Shown here: in pieces, positions 10,433-19,849 of the stretch
How positions within the stretch are numbered: position 1 is the stretch's first letter
How the letters are laid out: each line of letters begins with the position of its first letter
Program-made: the position numbers and the translations under genes
Assembly: GCA_963786955.1 (NCBI GenBank)
Contig: CAWBAT010000009.1
Coordinates: 128,001-192,000 of the forward strand
DNA: 64,000 nucleotides
Origin: an uncultured Acidimicrobiia bacterium
GTDB lineage: Bacteria > Acidobacteriota > Terriglobia > Versatilivoradales > Versatilivoraceae
Direction: 5' to 3'
The notes under the pieces: model-generated
What the model was told of the DNA's origin: nothing
What the model saw: only the letters and a program-made list of their open reading frames with translations
Database searches by the model: none

Positions 10433-11692
10433 TCAATTTCTACCTCCAAATTCCTGAATGGCATTCAGCATCGCGACGATGTTTTCAACCGGTGTTCGGG
10501 CCTGGATATTGTGAATGGTATTAAAAATAAATCCGCCGTCTTTAGAAAACACACGGCATCGCTCTAGAACCTGATCACGAACTTCAGTTGGGGTCCCAAA
10601 AGGGAGCACCTTCTGCGTATCAACACCTCCACCCCAAAAGACAATCCGGTCGCCAAATTCTGCTTTGAGATTCTCCGCCGCCATGCCTGTTGCAGAACAC
10701 TGAACAGGATTGAGAATATCAAACCCGGCTTCAATCATGGACGGGATAAATCTTATCACGGACCCGCAGGAATGTTTGAAGGTTTTCCAGGTTGTGTTTT
10801 TGTGGATCCAGTCATTGACCCGTTTGTAGTATGGAAAATATAAATCACGAAAGGTGTCGACGGAACAAAAACTAGAGGTTTGCGTCCCAAAGTCAGTTCC
10901 GCAAATAAAAAGGACGTCGATCTTGTTTCCCACGATCGGAAAAATCTTTTCCAGATTTGCGATGGCGTAATCACATTGTTTGGAAAAGACCGTATGAATG
11001 TAATCCTGCCGGGTGCGGGTCGATACGTACCATTCGGCGATGTCCCGGATGCCCTTGGGATGCTTGAGAAAAGGGGCTGGGACTAAGGCAATATCGCCGA
11101 ACCCCGTCCCCCCAAAAGTCGCAACTACGGCTCGATTTGTGCCTTCCAGCTCTGCGATCGAACGTCGAAGGTATTCCAGGTCCTTCTCGGTGATCGGTCC
11201 GAATTCCTCTAAGTTGTCTTCAGGATCGAGTTTATCTTCATCAAATGGTTCTTGCCTGACAATGCTATCAAAGAAATAACCGTCCTTCGGCATCCGGCCG
11301 CTTGGCGGCGCAGAAGTATCCCCTTCGGGATAAATCAGGATGTCACCTTTTTCGTCCGTCGTGGTCCGAAAATCCTTGGAAACCAAAACCTCAAGACCTT
11401 GCGGCGTCTTCCACGGTCTCCAATCGTAATTCGCAAACCCGAAAATCGTCTTTACCGGATAGACCGCGTCCGTATCAATACCCATGACATTCTTCAAATC
11501 ATCTTCAACCAATCCCAGCATCTGATAGGGTTCGTGAACCTTCACGGCGTGTTCGTCCAGCCCGTAATATTTGCGAAGCTCAGAGACGCAGCTGACATGG
11601 ATTCCCGTCGTCAACGTGCTTCCAAAATCTATCGGTATGCGGTCAGGCGCTCGATGGGACAAGCTGGCAACGACACGCTCTTTACTGTTCAT
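10433..11692 (-). CDS. Uroporphyrinogen decarboxylase (UroD/MtaA-CmuA) family methyltransferase
   Basis: DFGTQ, FKHSCG, DILNPVQ, FWGGGVDTQ, GGFIFNTIHNIQ. Confidence 0.9.
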   Translation of the reverse strand: MNSKERVVASLSHRAPDRIPIDFGSTLTTGIHVSCVSELRKYYGLDEHAVKVHEPYQMLGLVEDDLKNVMGIDTDAVYPVKTIFGFANYDWRPWKTPQGLEVLVSKDFRTTTDEKGDILIYPEGDTSAPPSGRMPKDGYFFDSIVRQEPFDEDKLDPEDNLEEFGPITEKDLEYLRRSIAELEGTNRAVVATFGGTGFGDIALVPAPFLKHPKGIRDIAEWYVSTRTRQDYIHTVFSKQCDYAIANLEKIFPIVGNKIDVLFICGTDFGTQTSSFCSVDTFRDLYFPYYKRVNDWIHKNTTWKTFKHSCGSVIRFIPSMIEAGFDILNPVQCSATGMAAENLKAEFGDRIVFWGGGVDTQKVLPFGTPTEVRDQVLERCRVFSKDGGFIFNTIHNIQARTPVENIVAMLNAIQEFGGRN

Positions 11693-12127
11693 GACTTCAT
11701 CCTCGGAGAATGATTCAAAACGAAGTCATTTACGAACCAATCTGCCGGATAGAAATGATTTGTTGAATGTTCCCGAAATCAAGACCTATGCATACTCCAA
11801 CCTGTTGAAAAATTGCACATGAGCTTCCAAAGCTACGGCTGGGCTCCATAATTTTATCTTCTTATTATTCAACTGTTTAAGTCATTAGACGCCGAGAGAC
11901 AAAGAAAACAACTGCGTCATTTCACGCTCTAGTGAGTGGTATCGAGCACCTTGCATGAATGAAACTCGAACGATACCTCTCCTGGTATTGAGTGGGCCAC
12001 TCCTTTGGGATCGAGCTCTGCGAGACCGGAATCCCCGACAGGCCAAGAGGCCTGTCGCTACCAATCGGCGTCGCTAAGCTCCGCCCTCCAACCAAATTCT
12101 GAGGTTGAGGGATGAAAACTGGAATTT

Positions 12128-13432
12128 CTACGGCTTTACTAATGACCCATCGATTTGTCGGACATTCATCCAGCCGGGCTCTGTTGGTGGATACGGTATT
12201 GGATACTTTTTGGCCATTTCTTCGTCAAGATCGATCCCAAGCCCTGGCTTATCGTTACCGTAGAGATAACCTCCTTTGATCTCTGCCGTGCCCGGCATCA
12301 TTTCATAGACCAATGGGGGAAAATGGTTTTCCTCCTGGATGCCAAAACTGGGAATGTTCATATCGATATGATAGGCGGCTAACTGGTTTACGGGGTCATT
12401 GTCTCCCCCTTCCTGCCAGGCTGTGCGAACTCCAAATGCTTCGCAAAGAGTCGCCACTTTTTTGGTAGGTGTGATTCCACCGATGGCTGAGACCCGGCAC
12501 CGAATGAAATCAATCAATCGTTCAGAGATGAGGGTGGTCCATTCCATTGGATGCGTAAATAACTCACCCATCGCCATTGGGGTGGTAGTCACTTTGCGAA
12601 TCAGTCGGAACCATTCGATCTGTTCCGGAGGCAGAATGTCTTCCACAAAAAACAATCGATAGGGCTCCATTTGTTTCGCAAACTCTCTGGCCACGGTCGG
12701 AGTCAGATGTTCATGAACATCGTGGAGCAATTTGACATCCCACCCCAGTTGAGTCCGAAGATGCGCGAACAATTTGGGGATTGTCTCCAGGTAAATGTCC
12801 TCGTCAAAGCCGGGTCCGGCGTAACCACCGGCGACACGACTGCCCATCCCTTCGGGCACAAATCCACCGCCGCCATAGCCCCCCATCTGGGCGCGAACAT
12901 GGCGATAGCCTTCCGCCATATACTTTCGAACATTGTCCTCCACTTCTTTGGGATCGCGACCGTCTGCATGCGCGTAGCACGGAACGGCATCACGCACTTT
13001 TCCTCCAAGGAGTTCGTACACAGGCATCCCGGCTCTCTTGCCTTTGATATCCCACAAAGCCATATCGAGCCCGCTCAAGACATTGTTCGTCACGGCGCTG
13101 TTCCGCCAAATCGAATGGACGTTCGTTTCCTGCCACAGTTCTTCAATGCTATCCACCCTTTTTCCAATCCAAAAAGGCGCCATATGCTTTCGAATGGATT
13201 CGACCACGGCAAAGGCCTGGTAGGCATGGCTCGCGGAACCGATGCCATAAAGCCCCGGCTCGCTGGTAATGATTTTGACGAAGATCCAGGGATAAAGTTT
13301 TCCAGGGCTAGTTGTCACGACTCGCACTTCTTTGATGAGCAAGGGAGGTAAACCGCGTGTCCGCTCAGCATAAAGTTCAGCCGCCGCCAGCGGCATAGCC
13401 AGTAGTCCTTTCAAAAGCTCTCGTCGCTGCAT
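12128..13432 (-). CDS. Enolase-superfamily dehydratase (RspA/mannonate dehydratase-like) with Tat-like signal
   Basis: DMALWDIKGK, LLHDVHE, FFVED, AMGELF, GGITP; start MQRRELLKG with GGAGG RBS. Confidence 0.88.
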   Translation of the reverse strand: MQRRELLKGLLAMPLAAAELYAERTRGLPPLLIKEVRVVTTSPGKLYPWIFVKIITSEPGLYGIGSASHAYQAFAVVESIRKHMAPFWIGKRVDSIEELWQETNVHSIWRNSAVTNNVLSGLDMALWDIKGKRAGMPVYELLGGKVRDAVPCYAHADGRDPKEVEDNVRKYMAEGYRHVRAQMGGYGGGGFVPEGMGSRVAGGYAGPGFDEDIYLETIPKLFAHLRTQLGWDVKLLHDVHEHLTPTVAREFAKQMEPYRLFFVEDILPPEQIEWFRLIRKVTTTPMAMGELFTHPMEWTTLISERLIDFIRCRVSAIGGITPTKKVATLCEAFGVRTAWQEGGDNDPVNQLAAYHIDMNIPSFGIQEENHFPPLVYEMMPGTAEIKGGYLYGNDKPGLGIDLDEEMAKKYPIPYPPTEPGWMNVRQIDGSLVKP

Positions 13433-13595
13433 GGAACCTCCTTTGCTTGTTGGTGCGACTGAAAAATTCAATAGCCAGTAAACTATCGCCCAGCAGCTGT
13501 ATCGCGGACCCTGTTTCTTGGTGTCCACGGCTTATCTTAGGGTAGAATCGCCGTGGGTTCTCCAAGTGATTCTGATGGACAACTCTGGGTATTGA

Positions 13596-16500
13596 CTACA
13601 CTGCTAACTTAATCGTGACGATCTCCCAGGCCGCCACCTTCAACTCCAGCGAGCCATCTGACTTTACTGGCAAGGCTTCGGGCTCTTCCTCGATCAAATT
13701 GGTTTTCCAAGCCTTCTTGATTGCCTTGAACAGCACTACTTTCGCGAGCGACTGGCGTCCTTCGGCTTCATAGAAACGAATCACCACATCCTGCTCCTCC
13801 TCACTTTTCTTCATGGCGGTCAAAATGAGATTGGATGGTGACAGCTTGAGAAATTCAGCCGTATGAGGAAGAGATCCACCTGCTGAACCGCTTCCCGCAG
13901 CCCCTAAAAATGCTATGAGAGGATAATTGAATTCAATTCCTTCACGATAACGCAGACGCCAGTTACCTCTGTGCGGCAGCAAGGCCATCTGATAGCGATG
14001 ATTCCCCTCTACCTTAAACCAGTATTCGGGATTCCAGGCAATGCTCTTTCGAGTGGACAACAACACATGCTGCAACACGGGGTACTGCACGGGGTTCGCC
14101 GTTTCATCTCGAAACAGATGAACCGTGCAGTCGGAGGGCAGCAAACAGCCGAATCCCTGGTAACTGGACGAGGAAGCATCAATCCAGTTGATCGCCTCCC
14201 GAAAGGGGAGCGGTTTGTCTCCTCCGTAGACGTCCTTCCTCCATTGCGTATCGGGGCTGAGGGGGAGTAATGAGAAGTCTGCTTCATCTTTCCCCATTTC
14301 GACAACACCAAAAGGAGCTTCGTAAGAGAAACGGTTCATTTCGGAAGCCATTGGGAAGGCAATTCTCAGTTCCCGTTCCTTTTGTCCGTCCCAATTCAAT
14401 ACCTCAATCCCAATGTCCACCCGGTTAAGACGGGAGTAAAGATCGAAAGACTGGCGCAACTGAAAATGCTTGAACTGCGACACACCGACAGCCCTAGTCC
14501 GCACTGGGCCTCGTAAGAGGGTCCACTGGCTGACAGGATGATTACTGGTCTTGTCGAAATCTTCCATCGTCACGTTCTCGACGTCATCCCAAGCCAAACC
14601 CGGGGCTGTGAATTGCAGAATCTCCCCACCAAAAAATTTTTCTGTGCGCAAAATCTCCTGTTTGAGTGTCTTATCGTAAAGGCTCTTCAATCCTCCGGCC
14701 CCGAGGACCAATCGCAGGAATTCGTTTTCCAGAATGTTCCCCGAACGCTGTTCTTCGGGCGGCAAAGGTGCCAAGGAAGACTCGAGGTAAAAAGTCCGGT
14801 ATCCTACCGAAGGCACTGCATCGGCGACAAAGAGGACATCTGCCGACTTGGTGTCGGTGCTTTGGGTTAGTTGAAAAGGAACTTCACGCCCGCCCTCATC
14901 ACGGAGAAGGAAAGATGGCCACCCAGAGGGCTTTTCGAAGCGCATGCGGACAACATCTGTCCGCGTCCATGACACCGGATTAAACACGACCAGCGGCCAT
15001 TGTTTGCTGGTGTTTTCCTGTCTGGAAACACTCCGTACAACCTTTGAACCGGCCTCTGCCAGGACCTTGTCAGCCAGTTGCCTGGACTTCTGGTAGGACT
15101 CTGCATAGACGGCATCAGTCAGAATGCCCCGATTCCCGCCCCATCCATGGTCAGGCCAACAATTGGCCTGCCAGACTTCAGCGAGGGCTTCCTGGGGATA
15201 CGAATCCCATCCTTCTGCTAGACCGAGGCCTGACAACAACCGCTCCGCTGTTAATACGCGGTTGTGCCCCTGCCGGCCTGCCAGAAGTGCCTCTCGATTT
15301 GCCGGCTCGTCATAATAAACCCAATTCAGCGGCCATTCGCCCTTGACCGTTTCAATGTTGAGGTCCTGTGTGGAGACTTCGTCTAGAATCTCCGTGGGTT
15401 CGACAAATCTGAGCTTTGGGGGATTGATTTGCTGTTGAGGTTTTCCGGCATAGTATGAATTCCACAGGGCCGCAAAATTATTCATCGATTCGTTTTGCTT
15501 ATGAACGTAGGGAATCAAATCGGTCGGCGGAGGGAGATAGTCGCCATTGAAGTCATAGATAAAGATGGGAGGCAAGCGGCGTGGTGCGTAATAGTCTTCT
15601 CTCAAAGCCGCCAGGCCAAGCCAGCCTTTGTTTTTCTTGGGATTCAGCAATTTCTTGGGGTCGGCGTAACGAAATGCAAAAACAAAAACTTGGGTACCAT
15701 CCAGGCCCTCCCAGTTATAGAACCCCCAGGGGAAACGTCCCTGAATCACGTATTTGACGCCAGCTTTCCGAAGAATCTGGGGCATCTGGATCGTCATGGA
15801 TGGAGGATCGGTTTTGAAATAATAAATAGAGTCCGCCCCCGGAAAGTTTTTCTTCAGCCAGCGCCGGCCGAGATAGAATTGGCGAACGAGTTTCTCAGGG
15901 CCCACGTGGACTTCCTGGCACTGCACATAACTTGCCCCCCAGGTGAATCGCCTTTCTCTCATCAGTTGGGCCATTTCTTCCTTTTTTTCTGGATGACGTT
16001 CCAGAAATTCCCTCAAATAGACAACCGATTCCATTGAGTAGCGAAAATCCGGATATTCCTGTAGGAGCGCCATAGCAGGAAGAATGAGTTCCGCAGAGCG
16101 GTAATCCGCAGTGATTGCCTGCGTATCCAGCCACCCCAGGTCATTATGGTTGGTACAAAGGAAATTGAAGGTGCCCTTCTCAAAATAGGACCGGTATGCA
16201 GCCACTTTCAATCGTCGTGTCTTTTGGACAGCCTGGCTGATAAATCTGAATTCCAAGGTTTCATCTTCAAAGAGTGCCGGGATCCACATATCATGATTCG
16301 TTACGGATTGTGCAGGAATGTTGTTGAGAGCGATAGTAGCCAACACCTGACCCTGCCGGAACACTTGCAGCCGACCGTCAGGGATGTCTCCTCCTGGGTT
16401 GACAAATTCTAAGGTAGCGCTTTGAACGGGCTTCCCGTCGTGGACCTCATACATCTCGAAAACAGTGAGGTCAAAGTCAGAAACGTGGGCATACGGGAAA

Positions 16501-17078
16501 ATCCTGATCTTCCCCAGGCCCGTGCCGCGCTTGCCCGATTCCTGCCAGACGTTCTGAATCCGGATCCGAACCGATTTCGCTTTTTCTTCCTGCGGGAGCA
16601 GGATGATATGGAAGTAAGAAGCCTGGTGAAGTTCTGCGTCACCTTGAGCCCCGCCGGAAAGTGAATAGGTAATCCGATGAGGCGTTGCCATGAGGCCCCC
16701 TCGCATATAAGGATCGAGCACAATGTCATAAGGGAGTGGGCGGGGCAGCAGCCAGATTTCGCGCACCGGACGGGGTTCGTCAAAACTAACCTCGAGCCAC
16801 GCTCCATCTGACTCTGTGTCAGTCTCCCAACTTGTCTGAAGAATATCTCCGAAGACATTGCTGGGTTCAAATCCCCAGGGCGGGTTCCCCACAAAGGACG
16901 AGGTCTTTACCGAAGCGCCTAGTTTAGGATCGGCCCAATTTAAGTCTTCTACTAGGGTCGCCTTCTCGCCTTCAGCAGCCAGAAGTCTGCTTCCCGTTTG
17001 CCAGTTATTGAGGCTCTTCCCCACTGTCCATGAAATCGCGGCGGCTCCGCCGGTTTCCAAAAACTTTCTGCGATCCAT
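13596..17078 (-). CDS. GH38 alpha-mannosidase-family glycoside hydrolase, Tat signal, N-terminal discoidin-like domain
   Basis: NHNDLGW, LVRQFYLGRRW, FNPVSWTR, RFYEAEG, TNLIEE, WEIVTIK; MDRRKFL signal. Confidence 0.85.
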   Translation of the reverse strand: MDRRKFLETGGAAAISWTVGKSLNNWQTGSRLLAAEGEKATLVEDLNWADPKLGASVKTSSFVGNPPWGFEPSNVFGDILQTSWETDTESDGAWLEVSFDEPRPVREIWLLPRPLPYDIVLDPYMRGGLMATPHRITYSLSGGAQGDAELHQASYFHIILLPQEEKAKSVRIRIQNVWQESGKRGTGLGKIRIFPYAHVSDFDLTVFEMYEVHDGKPVQSATLEFVNPGGDIPDGRLQVFRQGQVLATIALNNIPAQSVTNHDMWIPALFEDETLEFRFISQAVQKTRRLKVAAYRSYFEKGTFNFLCTNHNDLGWLDTQAITADYRSAELILPAMALLQEYPDFRYSMESVVYLREFLERHPEKKEEMAQLMRERRFTWGASYVQCQEVHVGPEKLVRQFYLGRRWLKKNFPGADSIYYFKTDPPSMTIQMPQILRKAGVKYVIQGRFPWGFYNWEGLDGTQVFVFAFRYADPKKLLNPKKNKGWLGLAALREDYYAPRRLPPIFIYDFNGDYLPPPTDLIPYVHKQNESMNNFAALWNSYYAGKPQQQINPPKLRFVEPTEILDEVSTQDLNIETVKGEWPLNWVYYDEPANREALLAGRQGHNRVLTAERLLSGLGLAEGWDSYPQEALAEVWQANCWPDHGWGGNRGILTDAVYAESYQKSRQLADKVLAEAGSKVVRSVSRQENTSKQWPLVVFNPVSWTRTDVVRMRFEKPSGWPSFLLRDEGGREVPFQLTQSTDTKSADVLFVADAVPSVGYRTFYLESSLAPLPPEEQRSGNILENEFLRLVLGAGGLKSLYDKTLKQEILRTEKFFGGEILQFTAPGLAWDDVENVTMEDFDKTSNHPVSQWTLLRGPVRTRAVGVSQFKHFQLRQSFDLYSRLNRVDIGIEVLNWDGQKERELRIAFPMASEMNRFSYEAPFGVVEMGKDEADFSLLPLSPDTQWRKDVYGGDKPLPFREAINWIDASSSSYQGFGCLLPSDCTVHLFRDETANPVQYPVLQHVLLSTRKSIAWNPEYWFKVEGNHRYQMALLPHRGNWRLRYREGIEFNYPLIAFLGAAGSGSAGGSLPHTAEFLKLSPSNLILTAMKKSEEEQDVVIRFYEAEGRQSLAKVVLFKAIKKAWKTNLIEEEPEALPVKSDGSLELKVAAWEIVTIKLAV

Positions 17079-17419
17079 AAGTGCAGTCCCTCCTCGCATC
17101 AATCTCCACTCAAGAATACGAAGTACAGATGAAATCTCAAAGGAACTCCTCGTCACATCCTTTGAATTAATCGCCTGGTGAAGATAAACTTCCTGCCTGC
17201 CATGGTATCAACGAGGGCTTTAAGCCCATTACAGAAACAAATGATACGCCGTGGCCCGTTCTACCCAACGATGCATTGTGAGTCGCTTTGGCAGCATTTA
17301 GAGAACTGGCTCCATCCGAAAATGTGCGTGGAACTGCATTGTGAATCTGCGTCCTAAAGTGCAATCCGTGTTTTCCGAGTCAGATAAGCTGTAAGGTCTG
17401 ATTAAGACAAGGATAAAAA

Positions 17420-17521
17420 ATGGAGAGGCCCAAACCAACCGACGTTCACCGGAAGTTAAAAGAGTGGATGAGGCCCTGGATTGATAAAGAGCCCAGACCA
17501 CTTCCGGATGGAAGTTTCTGA
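17420..17521 (+). CDS. Possible small peptide (33 aa)
   Basis: AAGGA RBS then ATG; MERPKPTDVHRKLKEWMRPWIDKEPRPLPDGSF; below the ORF-track cutoff. Confidence 0.25.
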   Translation: MERPKPTDVHRKLKEWMRPWIDKEPRPLPDGSF

Positions 17522-17544
17522 AGACGGCCACCCTGGGTACACCT

Positions 17545-18060
17545 TCATCGAAGGCCGATACGCGCGTCAATAAGTGTTTTCTGTTTTTTGCGAGCCGGCA
17601 AAAGGGAAAGTCTTCTAAGCAAGTCATTTTCTTTCTTGATGGCGGGAGAGCGCAATAAGGAAAGTAATAATAGCTCGAGCAATTCTTGAACTTTCTTGTC
17701 ACTGAACTGGATGAGGAAGTTGGAGAGCTGCATGAGCCGGATTTGCCTTGCCGAGTACCCCTCCACGTGAAACTTTTGTCCTTTGCGCCCTGTCCCGTAG
17801 ATAAGATCCGCCACACACCGTCCACTCAAGCTCACTGGACATTGTCCCTGAAAACGCTTCTGTTCATCATAGCCAAAAAAGTCAACCAGATTGACTTGGA
17901 GAGCCTCAGCGATCTTGTGGAGAGTAGTGAATGAGGGTTCAATGCGGTTATTCTCAATCCTGGACAAATAAGTAACAGCCAGCCCGCTTTTGCGGGATAT
18001 CTCTAGCTGTGTCAGATTCCTGGATTGTCGGATTTCACAAATTCGATTGCCTAAGCTCAT
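17545..18060 (-). CDS. XRE-family HTH regulator with C-terminal CPxSxSGxC domain
   Basis: LGNRICEIRQSRNLTQLEISRKSGLAVTYLSRIENNRIEPSFTTLHKIAEALQV is a Cro/C1 HTH; RBS AGGAGA before ATG 18060. Confidence 0.9.
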   Translation of the reverse strand: MSLGNRICEIRQSRNLTQLEISRKSGLAVTYLSRIENNRIEPSFTTLHKIAEALQVNLVDFFGYDEQKRFQGQCPVSLSGRCVADLIYGTGRKGQKFHVEGYSARQIRLMQLSNFLIQFSDKKVQELLELLLLSLLRSPAIKKENDLLRRLSLLPARKKQKTLIDARIGLR

Positions 18061-18121
18061 GAAACTCTCCTGTAATACACGGGGGCATGGCACGGCATTC
18101 GATCGAATGCGTGTCCCCTAC

Positions 18122-19197
18122 TTAGATGAGGTGAATCGGAGAACGCTTGGCTGTAGAGCGCTTCAGGTGCAGTTGGTCAAAATAGGCTAGTGAGATGATC
18201 AGCAGGTGATGATGAAATAGGCTCTGTAGCGCGATCCAGCTGTTCTGCAATTGCTCTTTATCCGGAAGAACTTGGAGTAACGTGGCTATCAAACTCTTTT
18301 CATAAAGGTGCACGGCATGAAGTATCAGAGAAAAGGGAACCTCAGCGGTCGCTAAATTGCGGCCCGCATCCGTCACCATCTGGTCATATTTATCCAGGCG
18401 CCCATCCTCGAAGGCAAAGATCGGGGTGTTATCCCAAGAGCTTCAATCGGTTTGCGGATCGAGTCGGTATATCTTCCACCAAATTCCGACACTTGATCAA
18501 GCCAGCGCATTTGCATTTCTGCCAGATGGGGTCTAAGAGGCTGGAGAGCTAGAGCGATCGCCTCTTTCTCCCCAACTGAAAACCCGCTCATGATATTCTC
18601 GTGTGAAATTGGCAAATCAATGGCCCCAAAGTCCTGCTGGACCGGGCCGACCTCCAAGGTGTCGATTTTGGCTGACTCCCAGAGAATTTCAATATCCGGA
18701 ATTCTGCGCCGCGAAGAGCTCGCCTGCCCTTCTTTCAAGTAGGAGATCGGATCCTCCAGGTGGCGAATGATCGGCACGATGTCCACGGGTTGGCCGGCCA
18801 CTAAGTCTTTGACCAGTTGAACGCCCATGGAAGCCGCGAGGCGGCCTGTCAAAAAATCCTTCGCCTCATAGTGAATAATATAGATACTGCCGTCGGGATC
18901 AGCCTCTGACTTCCTCCTCGTCCATCCCCGATAAACACGTCGAGCGCGATCTGCCAAGTGCTCTAGTTCAAGCAGAACATGCTCAAGAACATGAGCAAAG
19001 TCTGTCCCTTTTCGCATTTCTTTGACGAACCCGCCGTCCTCACCAGCTATACACCGATGCGACATCAGACTCGGGATTAATTGAATCAGTCTCTCAATGA
19101 AGCTCGGGAGGTCCTTGGTGGTCAAAGAGGCAAGATTCCCGACGTCCACTTCCACTTCGTAAATGGAAATGCGGGAGTTGACGATTTGGAGCGTCAT
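18122..19197 (-). CDS. Cyanophycin-synthetase N-domain-like Zn-peptidase fused to a globin-like sensor domain (split by a frameshift near 18410-18440)
   Basis: HRC-x19-HVLEH-VLLELE and GWTR motifs; helical domain starting GFSVGEKEAIALALQPLRPHLAEM continues in the next frame as IFAFEDGRLDKYDQMVTDAGRNLATAEVPF...LAYFDQ (ORFs 18373..19197 and 18122..18379). Confidence 0.72.
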
Positions 19198-19210
19198 GAA
19201 TGTCTGAAGG

Positions 19211-19627
19211 TGACGTCTTCTTCCCTGTAAATGATTGATGCGCTTTCAAAAGACTCGAAAGCGGTTATGTTGAATCCCTACAATCTAGAAACCCGGGGAG
19301 TTGAAACCAATTGAGGGGGACTAGTTCAGCGCCTCGCAACAACTTCTTTCTCTAAAGGCTGCAGATTAAAGAGTATCCTTCCGAATCTTCTCAGCCAGAA
19401 CGGCGAGATAGTCCTTGACCAGCAAACGGGCATCCTCAATGTCAAATGGCTTGCCTTTCGCTCTCTCCAGAGTCTTGGTGATCATTGGATCAGACCACAG
19501 GTAGGGATTGTTCAAAAGGCCGATGAACGACTCCTTGGTGTGTTCAAACACCGGTTTGAAATACTCAGGGATTGTAACCATGATCTCTTCCTCCTGTTTC
19601 TAAACGCTGCCAGGGAAGAAGACGTCA
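19211..19627. repeat. Perfect 17-bp inverted repeat bracketing the 71-aa ORF
   Basis: TGACGTCTTCTTCCCTG (19211-19227) and CAGGGAAGAAGACGTCA (19611-19627) are exact reverse complements. Confidence 0.9.
19366..19581 (-). CDS. Small hypothetical protein (71 aa)
   Basis: Strong RBS CAGGAGGAAG; protein-like amphipathic sequence; no family recognised. Confidence 0.8.
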   Translation of the reverse strand: MVTIPEYFKPVFEHTKESFIGLLNNPYLWSDPMITKTLERAKGKPFDIEDARLLVKDYLAVLAEKIRKDTL

Positions 19628-19646
19628 TTCAAATTCTTTAATAACA

Positions 19647-19675
19647 ATTCCGATCCAACTTCATCTATCTGTCAA
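19647..19675 (-). promoter_or_regulatory. Possible sigma70 promoter for the small ORF / peptidase / XRE unit
   Basis: Perfect TTGACA (19670-19675 on minus strand); the -10 at 17-bp spacing (CGGAAT) is weak. Confidence 0.35.
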
Positions 19676-19849
19676 GGGGAATTGCACTCTTTTTAAATAT
19701 TAACATATGTGTAAAGACCTCATCTTAGGGCGCCCCCTCCCGCAATAGAGGGATTCAGGGGTTTACCCCCTTTTTTTTGCCTTGCTGGTGAAATACGTTT
19801 TAAGTATTGTGCTGTTATTCTGAAAAGATTCCTTGTGGAGAAATAGAAG

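Noticed and set aside
11693-12127. Cobalamin riboswitch upstream of the corrinoid cluster
   Set aside because: No B12-box or other conserved riboswitch segments recognised; only REP-like hairpins
17298-17825. 175-aa ORF overlapping the XRE gene
   Set aside because: Alternative frame on the same strand as a well-supported gene, with non-protein-like composition
19211-19627. Retron msr-msd or IS ends as the source of the inverted repeat
   Set aside because: No reverse transcriptase or transposase nearby, and no flanking direct repeat seen
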